DNA of 64,000 nucleotides from Oscillospiraceae bacterium. Its GTDB lineage: Bacteria; Bacillota; Clostridia; Oscillospirales; Oscillospiraceae. Below are positions 42,637 through 51,814 of this stretch, in pieces. The position numbers and the translations under genes were made by a program. A model generated the notes under the pieces. The model was given only the letters and a program-made list of their open reading frames with translations, made no database searches and had not been told where the DNA came from. The first letter of the stretch is position 1. Each line of letters begins with the position of its first letter. The stretch lies in contig CADAAM010000001.1 of the NCBI GenBank assembly GCA_902785905.1, positions 27,320 through 91,319 of the forward strand, given 5' to 3'.

Positions 42637-43347
42637 ATGGAGATAGTATTTGCTGGACTCACAATCGTTATTCTGGGTTTCCTGTATTGGCACATGATCA
42701 AAAGAGAAACCCCGGAGCGGATCGGAGGGTTTCAGGCCCTGGTTTCGATTGCGCTCGGCGTCGTCTCTATGTTTATCGGAGCGCTTGCCACCGTCCTGCT
42801 TGCCAAAGCTCTCGGGGCATGGCGAATATGCCGGCGGCGAACAGAGGCTTCGGCGGCTCGCTGCTGCGTTCCTTTCTCATGGCCGGCGTTACGGAAGAAA
42901 CGGCAAAGCTGCTTATGATTCTCCTTGCGCTGGCGATCTTGAAATCCAGGGTCAAAAACGTCAATGAATACGTCCTGATCGGCGCGGCCGTCGGCTTTGG
43001 CTTTGCTGTGGCGGAGGAGTTTTATTACGGCGACTTCGGCGCCGAAGCAAGCGCCGCGGATTACATCTCCCTCGTCGCAAGAATGATCTCGGTTCCGGCG
43101 CACATGACGTTCAACATGGTCATGGCCGAGTTTCTGGGCAGGGCCAGATTCGGCAGGCTGACCGCTGTATGACGCCTGCACGGTCTTCAACAGCAAGCTG
43201 ATGGCCGGAGAGATGAGCGGCATCCTGATGGCGCTTGCAGGCTATGTCGGGCTTATGATTTATGAAATTGTGGTGCTGATCCGGTTCAGGAAGAACACGG
43301 TGAAGTTCTGCGGCATGCGTATATCAGCGGCAGAGTCCGCGGTGTAA
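42637..43347 (+). pseudogene. PrsW-family intramembrane protease, two frameshifts
   Basis: Three consecutive frames carry the N-terminal TM helices, then ..VTEETAKLL..GFGFAVAEE..PAHMTFN.., then C-terminal TM helices ending at 43347. Adding one G to the G4 run near 42813 would repair the first shift. Confidence 0.6.
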
Positions 43348-43469
43348 ACACGCCCCGTTTCGGGCAGATAAAAGATAGGCGCGTTACGAAAAGAAAACAT
43401 ACTCTGAGTGAAAAGCTTCCCCTGCTCTCCATGCTGCTCTCGATTGCCGCAGCATCTCTTGGCAGCACC

Positions 43470-43607
43470 GATATTCCCTCGTGCAAGCAGTTCCTCTGCC
43501 ATCTCTGCAAGTTTTTCCGGAGGGAGACAGTTCTTTCTGTCCTCTCTGCTCATGTCCCCGCCATCTGTCATGGAGATCTCCCAATTCTGACAGAACGGGC
43601 AATTCAA
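43470..43607 (-). pseudogene. Remnant of a radical SAM enzyme (AmmeMemoRadiSam/PflA-like CPFCQNWEIS motif)
   Basis: Only NCPFCQNWEIS...LPPEKLAEMAEELLARGNIG is recognisable. The first Cys of CxxxCxxC and everything downstream are lost. Confidence 0.45.
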
Positions 43608-43763
43608 ATACTTTGAAAATATTGTTTATATAAAACCTGTATGCTGCAACTCTATCATTCCGGTCATTAAGTCTGATTCTCATAACAATTATTATTCATT
43701 GCCCGGATTGCGGCGGAGATTGTTCTGCCGCTCTAACCACGCTATTGCTGAAACGCTTTGCAC

Positions 43764-44651
43764 TTACAGAGGGAATGCCACAGCTTCCCGATACAGGCCC
43801 TTCAGAACAGCAATAAACGACGAAACGCCTGGACGCTTATCCGCTTTATGGGTACACAGGACACATGAAAACGTCTCTTCGCAGTCATAGGGTATCCAGG
43901 AAAACTGGCCGCTGTGGTCGTTGAGGAAACCCGGGGCGAGGCATACGCCTCTTCCGGCGGCAACGTTTGTGAGTGTCGTATCGTGATCCGGGCTGTTGAA
44001 ATACCGGATCTTCCCGGAATTGATCAAGCGGTGCTGGACTGCTTTCAGCGCAGGAGGAGAACCGCCGCCGACCATCAGGGTGCGACCGCAGAGATCCTCT
44101 TCCCGGATGATATTCTTCCCGGCAAGCGGATCTGTTCTGTCCGCGATCAGATAGACGCGGCTTTCAAACAATTCATGGACGATGATCCCGGGGATCTGCT
44201 TCGTCTGCTCCTGCAGCGCAAACAGGATATCGACCTCATTTCTCAAGAAGGACTCGACGCCGTTTTCATACCGGAATACGGGCGTGATCTGAATGTCGCC
44301 GTTTGTCTCCGCAAAAAGCCGTATGGCCTCCGGGAGAAAATATACGGCCTGCCGGACCATGAGGCCGATGGAGATGCTGTCCCGGTAGGTTGTGCTAAAA
44401 TTCTGCCCCTGTTCGACGGCGCGCTTCAGATCCTCCCGCATGCCGGCCAGGAAAGAGACAAATTGTGCTCCCGCAGGCGTCAGCGCCGCGCCCTTCCCGC
44501 TGCGTTCAAAGATCGGGAAGCCGACCTCTTCTTCGAGCAGTTTGATCTGATAGGTCAGGGTCGGCTGGCTGACAAACATATTCTCCGCCGCCCGGCTGAA
44601 GTTCAGGGTATGGGCAAGCTCTATACAGCAGTCGATCTGTTTCGTGGTCAT
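43764..44651 (-). CDS. LysR-family transcriptional regulator
   Basis: N-terminal HTH (IELAHTLNFSRAAENMFVSQPTLTYQIKLLEEEVG) and a substrate-binding domain. 295 aa. It is divergent from the flavodoxin-like operon. Confidence 0.9.
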   Translation of the reverse strand: MTTKQIDCCIELAHTLNFSRAAENMFVSQPTLTYQIKLLEEEVGFPIFERSGKGAALTPAGAQFVSFLAGMREDLKRAVEQGQNFSTTYRDSISIGLMVRQAVYFLPEAIRLFAETNGDIQITPVFRYENGVESFLRNEVDILFALQEQTKQIPGIIVHELFESRVYLIADRTDPLAGKNIIREEDLCGRTLMVGGGSPPALKAVQHRLINSGKIRYFNSPDHDTTLTNVAAGRGVCLAPGFLNDHSGQFSWIPYDCEETFSCVLCTHKADKRPGVSSFIAVLKGLYREAVAFPL

Positions 44652-44672
44652 GGCGCGCTCCTGTTATTTAAG

Positions 44673-44729
44673 ATTTCAATTGATTATACAGTATTTCAAT
44701 TAGACATTGCAATAGTTAACACGTATAAT
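44673..44729 (+). promoter_or_regulatory. Divergent control region: two atttcaatt direct repeats plus a TATAAT box
   Basis: atttcaatt occurs at 44673 and 44693 (20-nt spacing, a candidate LysR box) and TATAAT is at 44724-44729. This is inferred from sequence only. Confidence 0.35.
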
Positions 44730-44761
44730 GGAGTCAGAACAAAAGCAGGAGGAAAAAAGCA

Positions 44762-45283
44762 ATGTCCAAAACTTTGATCGCGTACTATTCCAGAGCGGAC
44801 GAGAACTACTTCGGCGGCGCAATGCGCTATGTGAAAGTCGGCAACACGGAAATCGTCTGCAGCATCATGAAAGAGCTGATCCCGGCGGACAGCTTCAAAA
44901 TCGAGATGAAAAATTCCTACTCGCCGGTCTACATGACTTGCATTGAAGAGGCAAAGCGGGATCTGCGGGCAAAGGCCAGGCCGGAGCTGGCTTCCCTGCC
45001 GGACTCCATCGACGGGTATGATACCGTCATTCTTGCCTACCCCAACTACTGGGGCACCATGCCGATGGCCGTTTTCACCTTCCTGGAGCATTACGATTTC
45101 TCCGGCAAAACCATCCTGCCGCTGTGCACCAACGAGGGCAGCGGCATGGGCGGCAGCGAGCGGGACATCAAACGCACATGCCCCGGCGCGGTCGTGAAGA
45201 GCGGACTGCCCATCACGGGCAGCGGCGCGGCCGATTCCAAAGAAGCCGTAAAGCGCTGGCTCTCTGCAAACGGCCTGCTGTGA
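44762..45283 (+). CDS. Flavodoxin-like protein
   Basis: MSKTLIAYYSRADENYF start typical of the long flavodoxin-like family. 173 aa, with an AGGAGG RBS. Confidence 0.7.
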   Translation: MSKTLIAYYSRADENYFGGAMRYVKVGNTEIVCSIMKELIPADSFKIEMKNSYSPVYMTCIEEAKRDLRAKARPELASLPDSIDGYDTVILAYPNYWGTMPMAVFTFLEHYDFSGKTILPLCTNEGSGMGGSERDIKRTCPGAVVKSGLPITGSGAADSKEAVKRWLSANGLL

Positions 45284-45294
45284 GGAGAAAACAG

Positions 45295-45879
45295 ATGGAC
45301 TATAGAAAAGGCTATGTATACGAGCTGATGGATCGGGGCGGGCCGACGGATACCCGGGAGGCCTATTTCAAAGAGGCTGTAGAGGAAATGATGCGCGCCA
45401 GAACGCTCTGTGCCAAGGCAAACGCCACGATGCCCGACGATCCCGCCTATGTGGGCTATCTGGAAGAGCTGTTCGGGCGGAAGCTGGATGACGTGCGGAT
45501 CCTCACCCCGTTCATCTGCGATTTTGGGAATCGGGTCAAGTTCGGAAAGGGCGTTTTCATCAATCACTCCGCCATCCTGTCAGCATCCGGAGGGATCGAG
45601 TTCGAGGACGGCTCCATGGCCGCGCCCGGACTGCGGATCGCCACGATCAACCATGACATGAACCAGCGGCACACCCGTTACACCTACGGGAAAGTGCTGG
45701 TAAAGAAGAATGCGTGGCTCGGCATGAACGTCACGATCTGCCCCGGTGTAACGATCGGGGCCTATGCGGTCGTTGCGGCAGGCGCGGTGGTCTCGAAGGA
45801 CGTGCCGGACTATGCCGTTGTGGGCGGCGTCCCTGCAAAAGTGATCCGTATGCTTGACCCGGCGGAACAGAAGGAATAA
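45295..45879 (+). CDS. Sugar O-acetyltransferase (maltose/galactoside acetyltransferase-like, hexapeptide repeat)
   Basis: Hexapeptide-repeat C terminus (NAWLGMNVTICPGVTIGAYAVVAAGAVVSKDVPDYAVVGGVPAKVIR) and a Mac-type N-terminal helix. Confidence 0.8.
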   Translation: MDYRKGYVYELMDRGGPTDTREAYFKEAVEEMMRARTLCAKANATMPDDPAYVGYLEELFGRKLDDVRILTPFICDFGNRVKFGKGVFINHSAILSASGGIEFEDGSMAAPGLRIATINHDMNQRHTRYTYGKVLVKKNAWLGMNVTICPGVTIGAYAVVAAGAVVSKDVPDYAVVGGVPAKVIRMLDPAEQKE

Positions 45880-45880
45880 A

Positions 45881-46249
45881 ATGGACGATGAAAAGATGCT
45901 TCGTGAACTGTACCGGGAATACTGGCGCTGCATGATCGCAAAGGACGCAGACGGCCTGCGCGGCATGATGACGGATGACTATACCCTGCAGCACATGACC
46001 GGCGTGAAGCAGTCTGCCGAGACGTTTTTGAAAGGCCTGCTGGATGGAACCTTCAATTATTTCGCAGCAGAGCATGACAGCATTGAGGTCACCGTGGCCG
46101 GTGATCGGGCAAGCATGATCGGCAAGAGCCGGGTGCTGGCCGCGGTCTACGGCGGCGGGAAGCACAGCTGGCGTCTGCGGGGAGACTTTACCCTGAGGAA
46201 AGAAGAAGGGCGCTGGAAGATCAGCAGCTCCCGCGCTTCCACGTATTAA
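45881..46249 (+). CDS. NTF2/SnoaL-like (DUF4440-like) small protein
   Basis: About 122 aa with the pattern LRELYREYWRCMIAKDADGLRGMMTDDYTLQHMTG. The start overlaps the preceding stop codon. Confidence 0.5.
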   Translation: MDDEKMLRELYREYWRCMIAKDADGLRGMMTDDYTLQHMTGVKQSAETFLKGLLDGTFNYFAAEHDSIEVTVAGDRASMIGKSRVLAAVYGGGKHSWRLRGDFTLRKEEGRWKISSSRASTY

Positions 46250-46318
46250 GATTTTATTTGATTGCGAAACTCTGGTTTTGCAATCGGCTGGTTAAGATTT
46301 TCATAGGAGGAATATGAC

Positions 46319-47315
46319 ATGAAGAACCTGGGCTTTGGCATGATGCGGCTTCCGGTGCTTTCGGGGCCCACCGATTTCGATTATGAGCAGCTCAACCGCA
46401 TGGTGGACGCGTTTCTGGACGCCGGGTACACCTACTTTGACACTAGCTACGTCTATCACAACGGCAAAAGCGAGGAAGCGACCCGGAAGGCGCTGGTGGA
46501 GCGGCATCCTAGGGAGAGCTTTACGGTCGCAACAAAGTTCCCGACCTTTCTGCTGATCCCGGAAGAGAAGATCGAAGAGACCTTCCAACGTCAGCTGGAC
46601 AATCTCGGCGTGGACTATATCGATTACTATCTGCTCCACAACATTCAGAACGTCTACTACGACGGTTATGACGGCAAGGGCGGCATCGTGAAGACGACGC
46701 ACCTCTTCGACCATGCAAAGAAGTGGAAGGAAGACGGAAAGATCCGACATCTGGGCATCTCCTTCCATTCCTCCGCCAAGCTGCTGGATCGCGTGCTGAC
46801 GGAGCATCCGGAGATCGAGTTTGTCCAGATCGCGCTCAACCCCATCGACTGGGACAGCGAGCTGGTGCAGGCCGGTCCCTGCTATGAGGTGGGAGAAGGA
46901 GGACGTCATCGCCGTTCTCTCCGGTATGAGCACGTTGGAGCACGTTCTCGATAACACAAAAACGGCCAACAGCGCAGAGCCTCTGACTGATGAGGAGAAG
47001 GAGGCGCTCGCGGAGGCGATGAGCCTTTATCGGGAGAGTGCGCCCATCAAGCAGAGTGAGATTGAGCGCTACAAGGGGCTCCTGTATCACGGCGTTCCCG
47101 TCAGCGCGATCCTTCAGGCCTGGAGCATCTGCCAGATCCAGCCGAACCCAGGCTTCTCAGATGACAACAATTATCTGAAAAACGCCATTGCCGAAGAGGA
47201 GCATGTGGATTTCCACAAGGGGCTGGAAAAGCAGACCGTCATCACAGCCGACGGCAAAGACATCACCGATCTGGTCGAAAAGGCAGTGGCGTGGCTGACA
47301 GAGCACAGCTTCTGA
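46319..47315 (+). pseudogene. Aldo/keto reductase, internal deletion plus frame change
   Basis: The N-terminal 180 aa are intact (GFGMMRLP..YFDTSYVYHNGKSE..). After ..ELVQAGPCYEV the expected VMEP.GG block is missing, and the C-terminal part (VIAVLSGMSTLEHVLDN...) continues in the frame of ORF 46821..47315. Confidence 0.65.
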
Positions 47316-47380
47316 CAGGCGGAAAGAAAAATCATGCCGGCCTTTGCTGAATATCGGCGCATAGAACATGCCCGCCAGTC

Positions 47381-47767
47381 TTGCTCTGCTTTGTGCCGCC
47401 GGACCGCCGCCTGCCGGGGGTATTCTGCTGCGAGGGCAAGGAGTATGATTTCAATTTCTCCAAGCTCCATTTGAAGGTCAAGACGGACTTCTCCTTTGAT
47501 GAGCTCGATGACGTGGTTCACTGGACGGTTCGTCAGGAGAACATTCACGCTGTGACGGAGACGGAGGTCTTCTGTCGGAAGTCTGGCATGCTGCCGGTGA
47601 ATTACGAAGCCCCCGACTGCAGCAAGCGCCACAACCGCCTGTGGGACTGCGGCAGCGGTCGGGGCACGATGAAGCTGTATGACAAGAGAGACGGCGCGCT
47701 TACGTTGGTGGACGAAGTGGAAGCTGCCCACATCGGCTGTGAATACGGGGAGTATGATCCGGAGTAA
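47381..47767 (+). CDS. Hypothetical protein, possibly a C-terminal gene fragment
   Basis: 128-aa ORF without a convincing RBS or N-terminal domain. No family was assigned. Confidence 0.3.
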   Translation: MLCFVPPDRRLPGVFCCEGKEYDFNFSKLHLKVKTDFSFDELDDVVHWTVRQENIHAVTETEVFCRKSGMLPVNYEAPDCSKRHNRLWDCGSGRGTMKLYDKRDGALTLVDEVEAAHIGCEYGEYDPE

Positions 47768-47918
47768 GGGAATGCGCAGAATTCAATAAAGCGCTTTATA
47801 TACACTGATCCAGCTTCCAGGTCATTGATCAGGCGATTCCGGAGCGAAAAGCTCCTCAAATAATACAGTCAAACTCGCCAGCTCAGCAGTTGAAATCACG
47901 GAAGGAGTACATCAAACA

Positions 47919-48641
47919 GTGATTTATAAAAAGCAAGGACGTGTTCCGGCCAGCATGTGTGACAGTGGGGCAAAGCTTTCACCGTTGGCACTGCTCCAGC
48001 TTGAGGAAGATGCGGTTACAGAGCTCATGGGAGATCTCCATATCGACGGACTCACCGCCATGCGGGAATACAACGCGATGTGGGTATTTGTCAAGAATGC
48101 TGTGCAGGTATTCCAGCGTCCGGCGTGGAGAGAGGAATATGAGCTTCGCAGCTTTGTATCCGGACATTCAGCAGCAAAACTATTGATCGACACAGAGCTG
48201 TGGTCAATGGCGCATAGCAAGCCGCTGTTTCATGCGCGGCTGGAATTGTGCGCACTGGATCTGGAAACCGCTCGTATCCGCAAAGCTGCAACAGTCGGTG
48301 TTTCGGATGATATGCCCTGCGAGGAGGCACTCCCGGAGCTGTCGTTCACCCGCTTTCCCCGAAGCAGCTTAACCCCGCTTGAAACAGTAAAGGTTCGGGC
48401 AACGAATCTTGACTACTGTTCCCATACAAACAATATTGAGTATATGCGCTTTATTTTGAACACTTACACGGCAAAGAATTTCCTGGAGCGGGAGATTGCC
48501 GGGATTGAGATTCACTATGGGAATCAAACCTTCGAGGGAGATGAAATTGAAATTTTCAAACACTCTGATTTGCAGGCCGACTATTTCTCTCTTGTGTCAA
48601 ATGGCAAAACATCTGTTGACTGTTTCCTTTTATGGAAATGA
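47919..48641 (+). CDS. Acyl-ACP thioesterase family protein
   Basis: 240 aa in a double hotdog layout with a GTG start. The family call rests on overall resemblance only. Confidence 0.55.
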   Translation: MIYKKQGRVPASMCDSGAKLSPLALLQLEEDAVTELMGDLHIDGLTAMREYNAMWVFVKNAVQVFQRPAWREEYELRSFVSGHSAAKLLIDTELWSMAHSKPLFHARLELCALDLETARIRKAATVGVSDDMPCEEALPELSFTRFPRSSLTPLETVKVRATNLDYCSHTNNIEYMRFILNTYTAKNFLEREIAGIEIHYGNQTFEGDEIEIFKHSDLQADYFSLVSNGKTSVDCFLLWK

Positions 48642-48732
48642 GTTACTCCTATCATATGCCATATGCTGGGAGTATTTGTGACAGTCCTGATCATGTCGAT
48701 GCTCCTGTCATCTACAAGGAATAGGAGATTTT

Positions 48733-50286
48733 ATGGAACATAGACGACACTGTTTCCTTCCTCTGATTTTGATTATATGTCTGCTGATGACCACCGGCTG
48801 CCGCACCTTTCAGGCTCCCATTTCAGGCGGTGTGAATGAATCGAGCACCTACCTTGTTCGCGAGGATTGGGCTGATGATGTTAAATCGTCACTTAATGAG
48901 CTGATTGCGACCTATGGAAAAGACGGAACTGCTCCGGCTGACCGTCCGTATGCAGTATTTGATTTTGACAACACCTCTTCTATTTTTGATGTGGAAGAAC
49001 AGCTTGTCGTTTATCAGCTCCAGGTAATGGCATTCGCCCTTCAGCCGGATGATCTGAGAATGGTGCTGCTCAGCGGGCTGACGGATGTTGACAGGGATCT
49101 GACGGATTTCGGCTATGGCAGCGGCTCGCTGAATGACTGGGTTGACGATATTGATTACGCCTATGGCGCACTGTGGGAAAAATACGGTCCGTTTACCGCA
49201 AAGGGAGTTGATGCTGACAAGCTTGCCGAAATTCAGGCAGATCCTTTCTGGAAGGAATTCTCGACAAAAATGCGCGCGCTCTATTCTCTCGTATATGACG
49301 CGCAGTCCGCGATTATCGCATATCCGTGGGTGACATATTGGTTTACCGGGATGACGGAAGAAGAAGTATACGAGCTTTCAAAAGAGGCATTCGCTGCGTA
49401 CATGGACGTTGACACTTCCGTCGTTACGTGGACCAGTCCCGAAAGCATTCAGTCTAAGACAGGTGTCGTGCATTTTGAGTGGACAAGCGGTATTCAGGTG
49501 ACGGAAAACATCAGAGAGCTGTGGCACGCATTGGATATAAACGGTATTGATGTATGGGTATGTTCCGCATCCTGTACAGGCGCGATCCGAGCGGCGATCG
49601 ACACATTCGGTCTGCACGATTACTGTACCGGAATGCTCGGCATGACAAACGAGACAGACGCCGACGGAAAATATATTGCCGAATTTGATGCGGAAGCCGG
49701 TTGTGGTTTTTATGCGAACAAAGACGGCTCCTGGACTCGTATGGAACGTCCGACAAAGGCGCAGACTCTGGGCGTCGGTAAGGTTACGGCGATCGCAAAT
49801 GCCATTGCTCCCGAATACAACAACCATGGCCCGATCGCCGGCTTTATGGATTCAACGGGAGATTTCAACTTCTGCACAGAGTTTGAGACGCTCAGACTCG
49901 TCGTATGCTTTAACCGAGCGAACAGAAAGGTGACCGATGGGGGCGGGCTGATTGCCGAGCTTGCGGTGTATCAAAAGGAAACACTCGGTTATGACCTGAA
50001 AAAGGCGAATGACGCGGGTGATACGCTTTATGTTCTTCAAGGCAGGGATGAAAACGGCAGACGAACGCTGCGCAGCAGCAATAAAACCATCCTTTTCGGA
50101 AGCGAAGAGGAAACGCTGTTCAAAAATGCCGATAATGACGCGCAGCTTCAGAAAATGATCGATGATCGTATGACAACAGAGGATATTCTGGATTACTGGT
50201 CCTTAAAAAGCATTGCAGGAGAAAACAGCTTTGAATTTGATTCCGGATTCCTTACGGAATATGCGGGATACCACAGTCATCCTTAG
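48733..50286 (+). CDS. Secreted HAD-superfamily lipoprotein (phosphatase-like)
   Basis: Lipobox LMTTGC and the HAD motif I AVFDFDNTS. 517 aa. Confidence 0.55.
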   Translation: MEHRRHCFLPLILIICLLMTTGCRTFQAPISGGVNESSTYLVREDWADDVKSSLNELIATYGKDGTAPADRPYAVFDFDNTSSIFDVEEQLVVYQLQVMAFALQPDDLRMVLLSGLTDVDRDLTDFGYGSGSLNDWVDDIDYAYGALWEKYGPFTAKGVDADKLAEIQADPFWKEFSTKMRALYSLVYDAQSAIIAYPWVTYWFTGMTEEEVYELSKEAFAAYMDVDTSVVTWTSPESIQSKTGVVHFEWTSGIQVTENIRELWHALDINGIDVWVCSASCTGAIRAAIDTFGLHDYCTGMLGMTNETDADGKYIAEFDAEAGCGFYANKDGSWTRMERPTKAQTLGVGKVTAIANAIAPEYNNHGPIAGFMDSTGDFNFCTEFETLRLVVCFNRANRKVTDGGGLIAELAVYQKETLGYDLKKANDAGDTLYVLQGRDENGRRTLRSSNKTILFGSEEETLFKNADNDAQLQKMIDDRMTTEDILDYWSLKSIAGENSFEFDSGFLTEYAGYHSHP

Positions 50287-50421
50287 TCTCAAATGCCAGA
50301 TTCAGGAATTGTATATTTCAGTTTTTCTGCTTTCTTCCATCCATTTATCCCTTGTTCCCGCATCAGACACGTTATATAATACAGCTGATCAATCAGATCA
50401 TTTTATGAGGGAGTGAAGACA

Positions 50422-50946
50422 ATGACGTTTATGGAATTGGCACGCAATCGTTATTCGGAAAGGCATTTCGATTCGCGGCCAATAGAAGATGAAAAACTTC
50501 AGATGATACTGGAGGCGGGACGTATCGCACCGACGGCATGCAACTATCAGCCACAGCACATTTATGTCCTGAAAAGCCCGGCTGCATTGGAAAAGGCATG
50601 TATAACAAAGGCCTCACTCTATTCATGCCCGCTCGCTCTTCTGGTCTGCTATGACAGTAAAACTGTTTGGAAAAATCCCGGTGATCGCTGTTATGAGCTT
50701 TATAACGCCGGTGAGCAGGACGCGAGCATCGTCGCGGCGAGCATGATGTTCGAAGCTGAGGAGCAGGGCATACATAGTTTATGGATCCGCGGCTTTGACT
50801 CCAGGACTGTAATGGACACCTTTGATCTGCCTGCCAATCATATTCCCGTTATGATGCTGGCACTGGGATACCCCGGTGAAGACAGCCACCCTGCTCACCT
50901 GCATTCCAAGCGTAAATCGCTGGATGAAACCGTTACTGTCCTTTAA
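50422..50946 (+). CDS. Nitroreductase family protein
   Basis: ELARNRYSERHFDSRPI...ILEAGRIAPTACNYQP motifs. The ATG at 50422 follows GAGGGAG. Confidence 0.85.
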   Translation: MTFMELARNRYSERHFDSRPIEDEKLQMILEAGRIAPTACNYQPQHIYVLKSPAALEKACITKASLYSCPLALLVCYDSKTVWKNPGDRCYELYNAGEQDASIVAASMMFEAEEQGIHSLWIRGFDSRTVMDTFDLPANHIPVMMLALGYPGEDSHPAHLHSKRKSLDETVTVL

Positions 50947-51200
50947 TCGTGCCCCCGTATCTAATATCTACCACCCAAATTTGATCTTGAACCGCCCCTG
51001 CTGTGACGAATCCATCATGACGTGAAACCCAGCAGGGTCCGACAAAACGGTCCGAAGGGATCTGATCAACGATCTTGCCATCCTGGACGAAGTGAAACGG
51101 TGCGTCAACATGGGTTCCGTTATGGACGCACATGGAGAAGGCCGTCAGGCTGCATACTGCTCCAGCTTTAATGGATGAAAGTGTGTTTCGCATTGGCGCG
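50933..51200 (-). pseudogene. Fragment of a cyclase/arylformamidase-family gene
   Basis: The HNGTHVDAPFHF motif (HxGTHxDAPxH) is present. The N terminus is lost in the hairpin array and the C-terminal half of the family is absent. Confidence 0.5.
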
Positions 51201-51206
51201 GGATAA

Positions 51207-51436
51207 GGCACCCGGAGATTTTTCTCAGGGTGCCTCAAGCTGTCGGCAAAGTGTCGACAGCTTGAGAGGCAAAAATGGGAACTTCCGAAATAGTTCCCAT
51301 TTTTGCGCGGATTGTACGTGAAGGGGGACTCCCCGTCCCCCTTCACAGATCCCCCTTACAAGACCAACTTGGTTTGCAAGGGTTTGTCTACGGCCTGAGG
51401 CACCCGGAGTTTTTTCTCCGGGTGCCTTTATTTTTT
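51207..51436. repeat. Array of six back-to-back stable hairpins; the first and last are near-identical direct repeats
   Basis: H1 51207-51234, H2 51234-51266, H3 51271-51304, H4 51318-51346, H5 51353-51382 and H6 51399-51426 followed by a T-run. Stems are 7-13 bp. H1 and H6 share ggcacccggag..ttttctc..gggtgcc. Confidence 0.8.
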
Positions 51437-51453
51437 CAAGGAAGGTGAAAACA

Positions 51454-51814
51454 ATGTCCGCCGCAAAGGCACAAGTCTCCCCGGCTGCCTCTGAAACAAG
51501 TCCTGAAGATCAGTCCGGCTGTCGCGCTCGACCCGTTCTTTGCGGAGCTGACCTGCTCGGAGGGGATCTCGGAAAAGATCTTCGCGCTCCTGAATCTCCA
51601 TCATCCCGCAGACAATACCGCACGCTCGCTGTCTGTCTCGGGTTTCGTCGAATACGAGCATGACGACGGCAGCCGCACAGTGTATTTCAGCGGCACGGTC
51701 AGGTTTATTCGGATATTCTTTGACCCGGACAGAATTCAGCCGTTTGCCAGGGTGTTTGTCGGCTTTCCGCCGGACGCCGCCCCGTCTACCTTTCCCATAC
51801 AGAACAGTCCGTAA
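51454..51814 (+). pseudogene. Candidate small CDS with a start-proximal frameshift
   Basis: The ATG at 51454 has the RBS GGAAGGTG. After about 10 codons the protein-like reading (..LKQVLKISPAVALDPFFAELTCSEGISEKIFALLNLHH..VYFSGTVRFIRIFFDPDR..) continues in the +1 frame to the TAA at 51812-51814. Removing one base from the C4 run would join the frames. No family was recognised. Confidence 0.3.

Noticed and set aside
50933-51346. Full 137-aa minus-strand ORF as an intact gene
   Set aside because: Its first 45 or so codons read straight through hairpins H1-H4, and only the HxGTHxDAPxH-containing part resembles a cyclase-family protein. It is treated as a fragment.
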